Counted from the first letter of the stretch, positions 1 to 6,400 are shown. The stretch: DNA of 13,143 nt from an uncultured Nitrospiraceae bacterium (GCA_947085205.1 CAMTVO010000052.1:1-13143), one strand, 5' to 3'. Notes: a model not told the origin generated them from the sequence alone. Translations and numbers: made by a program.

Positions 1-46
1 TAAAACCTAGCCTGCTTCCCCAATGGCTTCTCCCAAGCTTTTTCAT
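1..46 (-). CDS. N-terminus (partial, runs off window) of a sodium-dependent NSS/SNF-family transporter
   Basis: Not in the ORF track. ATG at 46 preceded by GAGGT..AGGA; translates MKKLGRSHWGSRLGF, matching the typical 'WxSRLGF' start of bacterial NSS transporters. Only 15 codons are visible. Confidence 0.65.
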   Translation of the reverse strand, partial: MKKLGRSHWGSRLGF

Positions 47-162
47 TCCTATACCTCTTGCTGCCTGAATAGTTGAAAATAATTTAATTATACTCAAATT
101 TATCATCTTGTGGAAGTGGGGAAAGGGGCTGAAATGAGGCAAGTAACAATCCTTCTCGTGGA

Positions 163-300
163 ACTGATATATTCAATTGAGTTATTGTGTTTATCGGGTT
201 TTCGGGTTCATTAAGTTCATTGAGTTTATCGGGTTTATTGTGTTAACTCAACAAACTCAATAACTTAACAAACTCAATAAACTCAACACTGATATATTCA
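163..300. repeat. Palindromic array of degenerate 8-9-mers flanked by a 13-bp direct repeat
   Basis: Eight ATTGAGTTT-like units (176-244) followed by five AAACTCAAT-like units (245-287, reverse complement), centred on GTTAAC 242-247. ACTGATATATTCA occurs at both 163-175 and 288-300. Confidence 0.85.
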
Positions 301-335
301 TTTGTAATCGTTTTATATTTCAGGCAAGGCCTGTG

Positions 336-944
336 TTATCCAATCCACACGGTCTTTTGAAAATCTTTCATGCCTTCCACAATGTGATTTGTCGTGCCTC
401 TGTAGCCGACTTTCAGTTCGGATTCGAGGTTATAATGTTTCAGGCATGTGCCGCATGAGAATATCTCGACTCCCATTCCTTCAATCTCTTTTAAAATTGG
501 GACTATATCCTCATTGATGGTGGTGAGTTTTACTCCTGCATTGAGGAAAAATATCGTATGCGGGATTTCTTTTGTAACTATAATAGTTTCAAAAAACGGC
601 TTTACAAGAATCCTGCCCAGTTCCTCATCTTTGCCCAGCGTATCTGTACCAACTATAAGTAAAATATCTTTTTTGACTTCTGCTTCTAACTCCGAACTCT
701 GAATTCCTAACTCCGAACTCTCAATTTCACACGGATAGCCCTTTACTATCTTTACTGCCCAGTAATGGTCTTCCTTTGACGTCTCTGAATAGAAGGCATT
801 TTTTGAGGCAAATCGTTCAAGATTTTTCAGTGATGCCTCGTTATCAACGAGTATTACAATGATACCCTCGCTTATTTTAGATAATGCATCCTCAGCCATT
901 ATTACTGGCTTCGGACACCCTATTCCTCTCGCATCAATAAGCAT
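336..944 (-). CDS. yedF: Sulfurtransferase-like selenium metabolism protein YedF (TusA/SirA domain + DsrE-like domain)
   Basis: N-terminal IDARGIGCPKPVI (TusA CPxP motif) and VDN; C-terminal LG..DEELG.IL...FF, FLNAGVKL and SCGTCL motifs. SD AGGAGG overlaps the upstream stop. Confidence 0.88.
   Translation of the reverse strand: MLIDARGIGCPKPVIMAEDALSKISEGIIVILVDNEASLKNLERFASKNAFYSETSKEDHYWAVKIVKGYPCEIESSELGIQSSELEAEVKKDILLIVGTDTLGKDEELGRILVKPFFETIIVTKEIPHTIFFLNAGVKLTTINEDIVPILKEIEGMGVEIFSCGTCLKHYNLESELKVGYRGTTNHIVEGMKDFQKTVWIG
688..722. repeat. Five tandem degenerate heptamers inside the yedF interdomain linker
   Basis: aactccg aactctg aattcct aactccg aactctc; encodes ESSELGIQSSEL. Confidence 0.7.
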
Positions 945-952
945 AATCCCTC

Positions 953-1975
953 CTACAGTTCCTTAAAACTTATTTTGTATCCAAGATTGAACCCAAATAA
1001 ATCCTCATTCAATGCCTTTCCATCAGCCTCTGCATAAGGATACATAAAGTAGTTAAGTTTTCCGTCTTTTTGAGGCGGATTTAATGTAAGGTCCCTTCCA
1101 GACTGATATGCAATTCTGTTTTCTTCAACCGCTCCGAAAAAATAGCTAATGAGGTCTTTTATCTGATTCCTGTCTGTAGTCTTTTTCTCGAGCATTGCCT
1201 TTAGCACATCCGATGGGTCAACAGGAATCCAGCCGTATCCCGGCATATAAAACTCTGCCCAGCAGTGCTGCGCCTTTGTAATATCCCCCTCTTTGCCTTT
1301 TGCCATACGGATTCCATTGATCTCCCTTGCTGGAACACCAGCGCTCCGTGATAGCGATACAAATACAGAGTGAATATCCCCGCATCTGCCTCCCATTGAA
1401 ACGAGGAGTTTGTCAACTTCACCGAAGCCGCAGCCCTTTACATTAGGGTCGCGGTGCATGTTATAGACAATCCATTCATAGATTGCCTTTGCCTTGTCAA
1501 TGTTTGTCTTTTTGCCTTTTGTTATCTTGTCTGCATATTCCTTTGTTTTTCCATCTATTGGTCCAAGTCTCGTTGCCTTCAAATATTTCTTAAATTCCTC
1601 TTTTGAAAAAGGCAATTCTTTTTTGGGAAAATCTTTTTTAACAACTTCTTTTCTCTTTACTTTGAATGTATATGTCAGTGTTCTATCATTAGAGGGGATA
1701 CCCCATTCGGCATAAAGGGACATATTTCCGTTTTCACCTTCCCTGTAAACACTACTACTTGAAAAATTGCCGTTTACCTTAATGTCCCATATATCCTGAT
1801 TTTCATCAGATACAGGATAGGGAATCCAGAGTCTTACATGCTTTGCATCTGCCGGTGCATTGAGATTAAACTGAAGTGTCACTTCGCCCTGCCTTTCCTT
1901 TGCAAAAGCTGGATTTGCAAAGGATGCAAGGATGATGAGCGAAAAAACAAAAGAGACGGCCTTCAAAATAGACAT
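953..1975 (-). CDS. Secreted transglutaminase-like (Cys-His-Asp) domain protein
   Basis: Sec-type signal peptide ending AFA|KE; GGRCGDIHSVF (catalytic Cys), RSAGVPAR, HCWAEFY and GWIPVDP motifs; extra GCG motif; SD AGGAGG. Confidence 0.88.
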   Translation of the reverse strand: MSILKAVSFVFSLIILASFANPAFAKERQGEVTLQFNLNAPADAKHVRLWIPYPVSDENQDIWDIKVNGNFSSSSVYREGENGNMSLYAEWGIPSNDRTLTYTFKVKRKEVVKKDFPKKELPFSKEEFKKYLKATRLGPIDGKTKEYADKITKGKKTNIDKAKAIYEWIVYNMHRDPNVKGCGFGEVDKLLVSMGGRCGDIHSVFVSLSRSAGVPAREINGIRMAKGKEGDITKAQHCWAEFYMPGYGWIPVDPSDVLKAMLEKKTTDRNQIKDLISYFFGAVEENRIAYQSGRDLTLNPPQKDGKLNYFMYPYAEADGKALNEDLFGFNLGYKISFKEL

Positions 1976-2016
1976 ACCCTAACCTCCTAAAGTTTTTGTT
2001 TAAAATAATCTTTTTG

Positions 2017-2045
2017 AAAATAGAATTTCCAATAGTTAATTTCAA
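2017..2045 (-). promoter_or_regulatory. Candidate sigma70 promoter for transglutaminase-yedF
   Basis: Minus strand TTGAAA (2045-2040), N17, TATTTT (2022-2017). This places the LysR box about 60 bp upstream of the start site. The region is AT-rich, so a chance match is possible. Confidence 0.35.
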
Positions 2046-2062
2046 TTTATAAACATAGGACT

Positions 2063-2077
2063 ATAGATAAAATCTAT
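2063..2077. promoter_or_regulatory. Putative LysR-type operator (ATAG-N7-CTAT, T-N11-A)
   Basis: ATAGATAAAATCTAT palindrome, 14/15 identical to the box at 4476-4490. Confidence 0.65.
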
Positions 2078-2092
2078 CGGAGTGATTGGATG

Positions 2093-2177
2093 TGGAGAGG
2101 GGTAGTGGGAATCGAACCCACCATGGCTTCTTTCACCGTGACTCTGGTTTTGCAGACCAGGCGGGGCGCCAGCCCCA
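2093..2177 (-). pseudogene. 5'-truncated copy of the tRNA-Sec-like tRNA-Cys(GCA)
   Basis: 2093-2128 = 4303-4338 (36/36) and 2141-2177 = 4380-4416 (37/37). Short variable arm CACGG-TGAAAGAAG-CCATG. The 5' 9 nt (acceptor strand) are replaced by transposase sequence. Confidence 0.85.
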
Positions 2178-2826
2178 CTGGCAGCTTCCGCCATGGATGA
2201 TCTAAGGGCGGTCTATAGGTTACTTTCCGCCTCGCCTTGAGTTTTTGCTGTTGCACTTTTTCCGGCCTATTGTCTATCTCTTTGTACTTTATCCTCACCT
2301 CCTGATGCGTTATTATCATAGAGCCGTCTACTCGCTCTTGTACGACTATTTTTGCTTTTTTAGGGAATGCCTCTTTAAGCTGATAAAGCTTTGAGTTATG
2401 CGTTATGGTGTTGTCATTACGTACCGTCCGCTCTGTCCGTATACATAATATCTTGTCAAAATTCAGCCCCTTGATCACAGCCCTATGAATGTCTTCTTTG
2501 TACTGCGCTTTGACCATAAATCTTTTGTTAAAGTCAGCCCAATAACTTTCCTCCAGAAATATGTTCGCTTCTTGTATCGTGCTGATGCCTCTGATTCGGA
2601 GTTCTTTTACCAGTCTGTCCTGTAGCATTGCAAACAGCCTTTCTATTCTCCCTTTGGCCATGCATAAATGAGTTCTACATTAAGTTCCCTCAATGCCCTG
2701 CCGCTCGCTTAACGAGATTATCTTTGCCGCTTCTCCCTGTGTGAGTTCCCCTTCTATCACTTTGTGTATCACATGCAATCTCTTTAGTTCCTTTTGCCTT
2801 ACCATGATTATGTCCTTTCCTGCCAT
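2178..2826 (-). pseudogene. Fragmented ISNCY/IS1202-like DDE transposase
   Basis: ATG 2826 with SD AGGAGG gives the HTH start MAGKDII...LSERQ. It then jumps out of frame to RALRELNVELIYA (large core deletion). A second frameshift removes the usual NSPQ before AKGRIERLF..LQDRL..EL. The C-terminal PPLDHPWRK reads through into the tRNA copy to a stop at 2074. Confidence 0.82.
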
Positions 2827-2916
2827 CCCGCCTCCTTTCAAAATAGGCAGTATAGCAATTCCAAAATAGGACATTTCTACTTTGCTCTAATAGGACATTA
2901 TCACTTTGGCGTTACA
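2178..2916 (-). mobile_element. Decayed IS1202/ISNCY-type insertion sequence (left end intact, right end missing)
   Basis: Left end begins TGTAAC at 2916, with two CAAAGT-N3-AATGTCCTATT repeats 24 bp apart (2889-2908, 2865-2884), followed by transposase fragments. No inverted copy of the end is found downstream. Confidence 0.8.
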
Positions 2917-3070
2917 GGTCTAATTTTTCATAGGGCCACGGCCACTTTTTAGTTTCTCCCCCTTTAGCCTCTGCCTTTGATAAAAGGCTGAATTGTGCAA
3001 AGGCAGCTCCGATTGCCAGAGTTCCTGCTCCTGCAATAATCTCCCTCCTCGATAAATTGTTTTCAGACAT
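2912..3070 (-). pseudogene. Tat-exported protein N-terminus truncated by the IS; resembles split-Soret cytochrome c / C_GCAxxG_C_C family precursors
   Basis: Not in the ORF track. SD AGGGGG, then MSENNLSRREIIAGAGTLAIGAAFAQFSLLSKAEA|KGGETKKWPWPYEKLD. The IS end (TGTAA) supplies a stop. Twin-arginine SRREII, AEA cleavage site and WPYxKLD(P) motif. Confidence 0.7.
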
Positions 3071-3129
3071 GTTACCCCCTTATTAAATATAAAGTATCCC
3101 CCTGTAAAACAGGTTCCTTAATTTATCCG

Positions 3130-4215
3130 TCAATCTTTCATAGGTTTTATGAACATGAAATAGACCATTGTCCAGTTGCCGAGCACCATGAATATAGTTG
3201 CGACTATGCTTGATAACGCCAGAGAAGAAACGCCTGTCAGTGCATGTCCCACTGTGCATCCTCCTGCTGTTGCAGCGCCAAATCCCATTATAAGGCTGCC
3301 GAAAAATACTCTCATAATCTCATTTGCAGGTGGAGCCTGAAATTTAAACTCACCAAGTCCCCTTGCACTTAGATAAGCGCCCAGTGGAATGCCGAAGATA
3401 TATAATGCGCTCCATGTCCCTTTGAATATCCCCCAGAAGTTAAACATGGGGTCAAATTTTGACATGCTGTCTTTCAGCGTCAATGCAAGAAACGCCTCTG
3501 CAGTTGGACCTGCAGCAGACAGTCCCCTTGTCTGTCCGCCCCAGTAGTTTGACGCCCATAATGCAAATATCAGGATAAATCCGAGCAATGCTCCGGTAAG
3601 CGACCACGAATAGCCCTTTTTAGGACCCTTTGCAAATGGTTTGCCTTTTAAAACTATGGAAATAATTATGGCAGCGATGACGACAATAACCACCCACTTC
3701 ATGCCCTGACCGCCAAATAAATCCCACAGCGCAGGATTGCTTATAGCCCCGTCTTCTTTGCCAATGGATATTTTGATGCTTTTCAAAAACTGATTGACCG
3801 GCTTAAGGGGGCCGTGAATAGTGGCAAGGAGTGAAGATGCAAAGCCGAGCGTCGCAACAAAGGCTGAAACATATCCTTCTCCTGTTCTGTAAACGATCCC
3901 GCTACCGCAACCTCCGGCCATTACAATCCCGATACCGAAAATATATCCGCCTGCAATATTTGCAACTACATTGAACGTTTGACGCCTTAAGCCTTCACCC
4001 ATAAAACCGAGGTCTTCAAGAAAGTTTGCACCGATTATGGCGATTAAAAGGGCAAGAAGATATGAACGGAAGATGGTAAAATCATTTACAAAGATAATAT
4101 CTCTGAAAGCAGAATTCATGCAGTAGCGTCCCCTCTGGAGCACAAAACCGAAAAGAACACCAACCAATAGACCGCTCAGTAAAACCATGATGCTTGCCTG
4201 TCGTATCTCTTCCAT
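3130..4215 (-). CDS. YeeE/YedE family thiosulfate/selenium transporter-like membrane protein
   Basis: Multi-TM protein with LQRGRYCM, GGCGSG and GGCTVGH motifs typical of YeeE/YedE; SD GGAGG. Confidence 0.92.
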   Translation of the reverse strand: MEEIRQASIMVLLSGLLVGVLFGFVLQRGRYCMNSAFRDIIFVNDFTIFRSYLLALLIAIIGANFLEDLGFMGEGLRRQTFNVVANIAGGYIFGIGIVMAGGCGSGIVYRTGEGYVSAFVATLGFASSLLATIHGPLKPVNQFLKSIKISIGKEDGAISNPALWDLFGGQGMKWVVIVVIAAIIISIVLKGKPFAKGPKKGYSWSLTGALLGFILIFALWASNYWGGQTRGLSAAGPTAEAFLALTLKDSMSKFDPMFNFWGIFKGTWSALYIFGIPLGAYLSARGLGEFKFQAPPANEIMRVFFGSLIMGFGAATAGGCTVGHALTGVSSLALSSIVATIFMVLGNWTMVYFMFIKPMKD

Positions 4216-4265
4216 AAATCCTCCAATTTAATTTTTTTTAAAGTTGCTCGAAATACAATGTATTT

Positions 4266-4300
4266 AAAAACCACACAAAAATCCCAAGATTTTTTGTGGC
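4266..4300 (-). terminator. Intrinsic terminator-like hairpin immediately after the tRNA
   Basis: Minus strand GCCACAAAAAATC-TTGG-GATTTTTGTGTGGT followed by TTTT; starts 2 nt after the CCA. Confidence 0.6.
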
Positions 4301-4302
4301 AT

Positions 4303-4425
4303 TGGAGAGGGGTAGTGGGAATCGAACCCACCATGGCTCCTTCCATAGGGACAGGCTTATGAAACCTGCTTATACCATGACTCTGGTTTTGCAGACCAGG
4401 CGGGGCGCCAGCCCCATTACCCCCC
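4303..4425 (-). tRNA. Non-canonical tRNA-Sec-like (selC*-like) tRNA-Cys, anticodon GCA, 123 nt
   Basis: Acceptor GGGGGGTA/TACCCCTC (8 bp); D arm TGGGGC-TGGC-GCCCCG (6 bp, 4-nt loop); anticodon arm CTGGT-CTGCAAA-ACCAG; 51-nt variable region closed by CATGG/CCATG; T arm GTGGG-TTCGATT-CCCAC; discriminator U; encoded CCA. Confidence 0.85.
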
Positions 4426-4445
4426 TTAGAAGTCATCTTTGAGTA

Positions 4446-4475
4446 AAGATATGATAGAAATATTCAATAAGTCAA
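4446..4475 (-). promoter_or_regulatory. Candidate sigma70 promoter for the tRNA
   Basis: Minus strand TTGACT (4475-4470), N18, TATCTT (4451-4446), about 20 bp upstream of tRNA G1. Confidence 0.4.
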
Positions 4476-4490
4476 ATAGATAATATCTAT
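4454..4490. promoter_or_regulatory. Putative tandem LysR boxes (strong site plus degenerate site)
   Basis: ATAGATAATATCTAT (4476-4490, perfect arms) and ATAGAAATATTCAAT (4454-4468), 22 bp apart, directly downstream of the lysR gene. Confidence 0.65.
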
Positions 4491-4558
4491 ATAAAAAGCG
4501 AAACTTATAGAGTAATATTAGTTTCGTATGGTTGTTTTTTGAGGTGATTTGAAGGGCT

Positions 4559-5446
4559 TTATCTGTTATGTGTTTTTAGATATTCTAAAAATATGTTATA
4601 CACTGCCGGCAATGTTCTCTTTTTATGGGTAACGATATAGAATTTTCTTTTCATCTGAATATCTTTCACCTTTATTTCTTTAAGTGTTTTGAACTTTAAT
4701 TCGTCGGCAACAGATAGCTTAGAGAGTATCGAAATCCCCATGCCGCCTTTTACTGCCTGTTTTACTGCATCTGTTGAGCCGAACACCCCTGAAATTTTGA
4801 TGCTGTCAAGAGCAATGCCTTTCCCTTCTAAAATCCTTTCTGTTTCTCTTCGAGTGCCAGAGCCTTCTTCTCTAAAAATCATGGGTATTTGGGTTAGCTC
4901 CTCCAATGTTACCTTGTCTTTTTTTATCAATGAAGGTGAAGACACCACTATCAACTCGTCTTCCAGAAAGGGGATGAAGTTCATCTGTCCGTTGCTTAGT
5001 TTTGCTCCAACGATACCCATAAGCAATTCATGCCTTGAAACCTTTTCTATTATCACCTTGGAGTCGGATATGACTACATGAAAAGAAACGGAGGGATGTT
5101 GTTTTTTGAAGCTCGCAATAGCGAGGGGCATTAGATATGTGCCGGGAATTGTGCTTGCACCGATAATCAAATCGCCTGTTATTTCTTTTTTAAACTGTCC
5201 GATAATGTCTTTAATGCTGTCTGCTTTCTCTATTAGTTCGATTGCGTGATTATATAAGACATCTGCTTCCTTTGTGGGCATAATAGACCTTCCCAGTCTG
5301 TCAAAGAGTTTGCAGTCAAGTTCTCCTTCTAAAGTTTTTATGTGGTCGCTTACGGTAGGCTGTGTGAGATGTAGTTCCTCCGAGGCTTTTGAAAAGCTTT
5401 TGTTTTTAAATACTGAGACAAATATCCTTAGCTGATGTATGTCCAT
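4559..5446 (-). CDS. LysR-family regulator, CysL-like / selenium-metabolism-associated type
   Basis: HTH SFSKASEELHLTQPTVSDHIKTLE..L...LFDR; IGASTIPGTY and REEGSGTR motifs of the CysL-like substrate domain. Confidence 0.92.
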   Translation of the reverse strand: MDIHQLRIFVSVFKNKSFSKASEELHLTQPTVSDHIKTLEGELDCKLFDRLGRSIMPTKEADVLYNHAIELIEKADSIKDIIGQFKKEITGDLIIGASTIPGTYLMPLAIASFKKQHPSVSFHVVISDSKVIIEKVSRHELLMGIVGAKLSNGQMNFIPFLEDELIVVSSPSLIKKDKVTLEELTQIPMIFREEGSGTRRETERILEGKGIALDSIKISGVFGSTDAVKQAVKGGMGISILSKLSVADELKFKTLKEIKVKDIQMKRKFYIVTHKKRTLPAVYNIFLEYLKTHNR

Positions 5447-5501
5447 GAATTAAATTTTAACATACTTTGACCGTGCTTATTAAAACATGATAGATTACTT
5501 C

Positions 5502-6398
5502 ATGGATCCGGTAACTCATGCCCTTTCAGGAATAGTAATACACCAGCTTGGGTTTAAAAGAAAGGCAGCATTATTTGTCCTGATTTTTTCAGCCATTGCC
5601 CCTGACCTCGATTATATAACAAGATTCTGGGGCACCGATATTTTTCTCAGGTATCATAGAGGCATAACTCATGGAATATTTGCCCTTTTTGTTTTTCCAC
5701 TTATTATGGCATTTATCTTCAGAAAAAAAGGCGGCTTTTTTTACTATTATTTTATCTCTTTTTTAGGTTACGGTATGCATCTCCTTTTGGATCTTACAAA
5801 TCAGTACGGCACGCGGATATTGTCTCCGCTTGACTGGAGTCAGTATTCCCTCGACCTTACATTTATTATAGACCCGTATATAACCGTCGGACTTTTGCTC
5901 TCTATTATCATGGGCAGAGTAAATAAACACCGGGCAATACTGGTTGCTATCTGCAGTGTAATATTGCTTGCTGGATATATAGGAGGTAGGGCATACCTCC
6001 AGAAGGAGGTAAGACTGTTCTTAAAAACGAAGGTTGATGCTAACATCTATAGAATTTATCCGCTTCCCAATGATTTTCTGAGGTGGTGGTTTATAACAAG
6101 ATCCGGGGATGAGATTAATACAGGTTTTGCAGATTTATTCACCAAAAAAGTCTGTATTCATGACAAATATAAACCGAACAATAACGATCCTGCAGTACTG
6201 GAGTCAAAGAAAAACAGGGTGGTTCAAAACTTTCTCTATTTTGCCAAGTATCCATATGCTGAGGTTAAGAGGGAACACAATAAGATAATAGTTACATGGA
6301 AAGAACTGACATACTCTTTTTTAGCAGGCGAGAGGTTTTTTGCAAGGGTTGTGATGGATAAAAATGGAAAGGTTGTAGAATCGTATTTTAAGTTTTGA
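5502..6398 (+). CDS. Membrane-bound metal-dependent hydrolase (YdjM/DUF457-like)
   Basis: MDPVTHAL, PDLD, HRGITHG and HLLLD motifs plus TM helices. Family-typical start is ATG 5502 (the ORF track starts at 5487). Confidence 0.85.
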   Translation: MDPVTHALSGIVIHQLGFKRKAALFVLIFSAIAPDLDYITRFWGTDIFLRYHRGITHGIFALFVFPLIMAFIFRKKGGFFYYYFISFLGYGMHLLLDLTNQYGTRILSPLDWSQYSLDLTFIIDPYITVGLLLSIIMGRVNKHRAILVAICSVILLAGYIGGRAYLQKEVRLFLKTKVDANIYRIYPLPNDFLRWWFITRSGDEINTGFADLFTKKVCIHDKYKPNNNDPAVLESKKNRVVQNFLYFAKYPYAEVKREHNKIIVTWKELTYSFLAGERFFARVVMDKNGKVVESYFKF

Positions 6399-6400
6399 TT

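Noticed and set aside
176..287. CRISPR array
   Set aside because: Units are 8-9 bp, contiguous, have no spacers and invert mid-array; no cas genes.
2680..2874. 64-aa and 195-aa (2074-2661) ORFs as independent genes
   Set aside because: Both are pieces of one broken transposase. The 2874 start lies in the IS end repeats and the tail of the 195-aa ORF is tRNA sequence.
3072..3082. TAAGGGGGTAA (minus strand) resembles the missing 5' strand of tRNA copy 2 (TAAGGGGGGTAA in copy 1)
   Set aside because: It is one G short, so the first pair would be A:C, and it is fully explained as the SD of the Tat ORF. A split or interrupted tRNA is not supported, though pairing with the free 3' strand cannot be excluded.
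336..4215. UGA-encoded selenoproteins or SECIS elements in yedF, transglutaminase and yedE
   Set aside because: The ORFs are uninterrupted with Cys codons at motif positions. Nearby hairpins (e.g. GCTGG-TGTT-CCAGC) are not at convincing SECIS spacing by eye; a bSECIS search would be needed.
2093..4425. tRNA duplication as attL/attR of an integrated island
   Set aside because: No integrase. The duplicated part reaches the D arm and differs internally in the variable arm, the truncation coincides with the IS relic, and the enclosed genes belong functionally with the flanks.
4303..4425. Calling the RNA canonical selC (tRNA-Sec) or ordinary tRNA-Cys
   Set aside because: The anticodon is GCA and the discriminator U, not UCA and G. 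The 8-bp acceptor, 6/4 D arm and long variable arm exclude an ordinary tRNA-Cys.
4176..4436. 86-aa ORF on the minus strand, including GGAAGGAG-CC-ATG inside the tRNA
   Set aside because: It is the tRNA and terminator read as codons. The SD-like sequence is only 2 nt from the ATG and there are no protein motifs.
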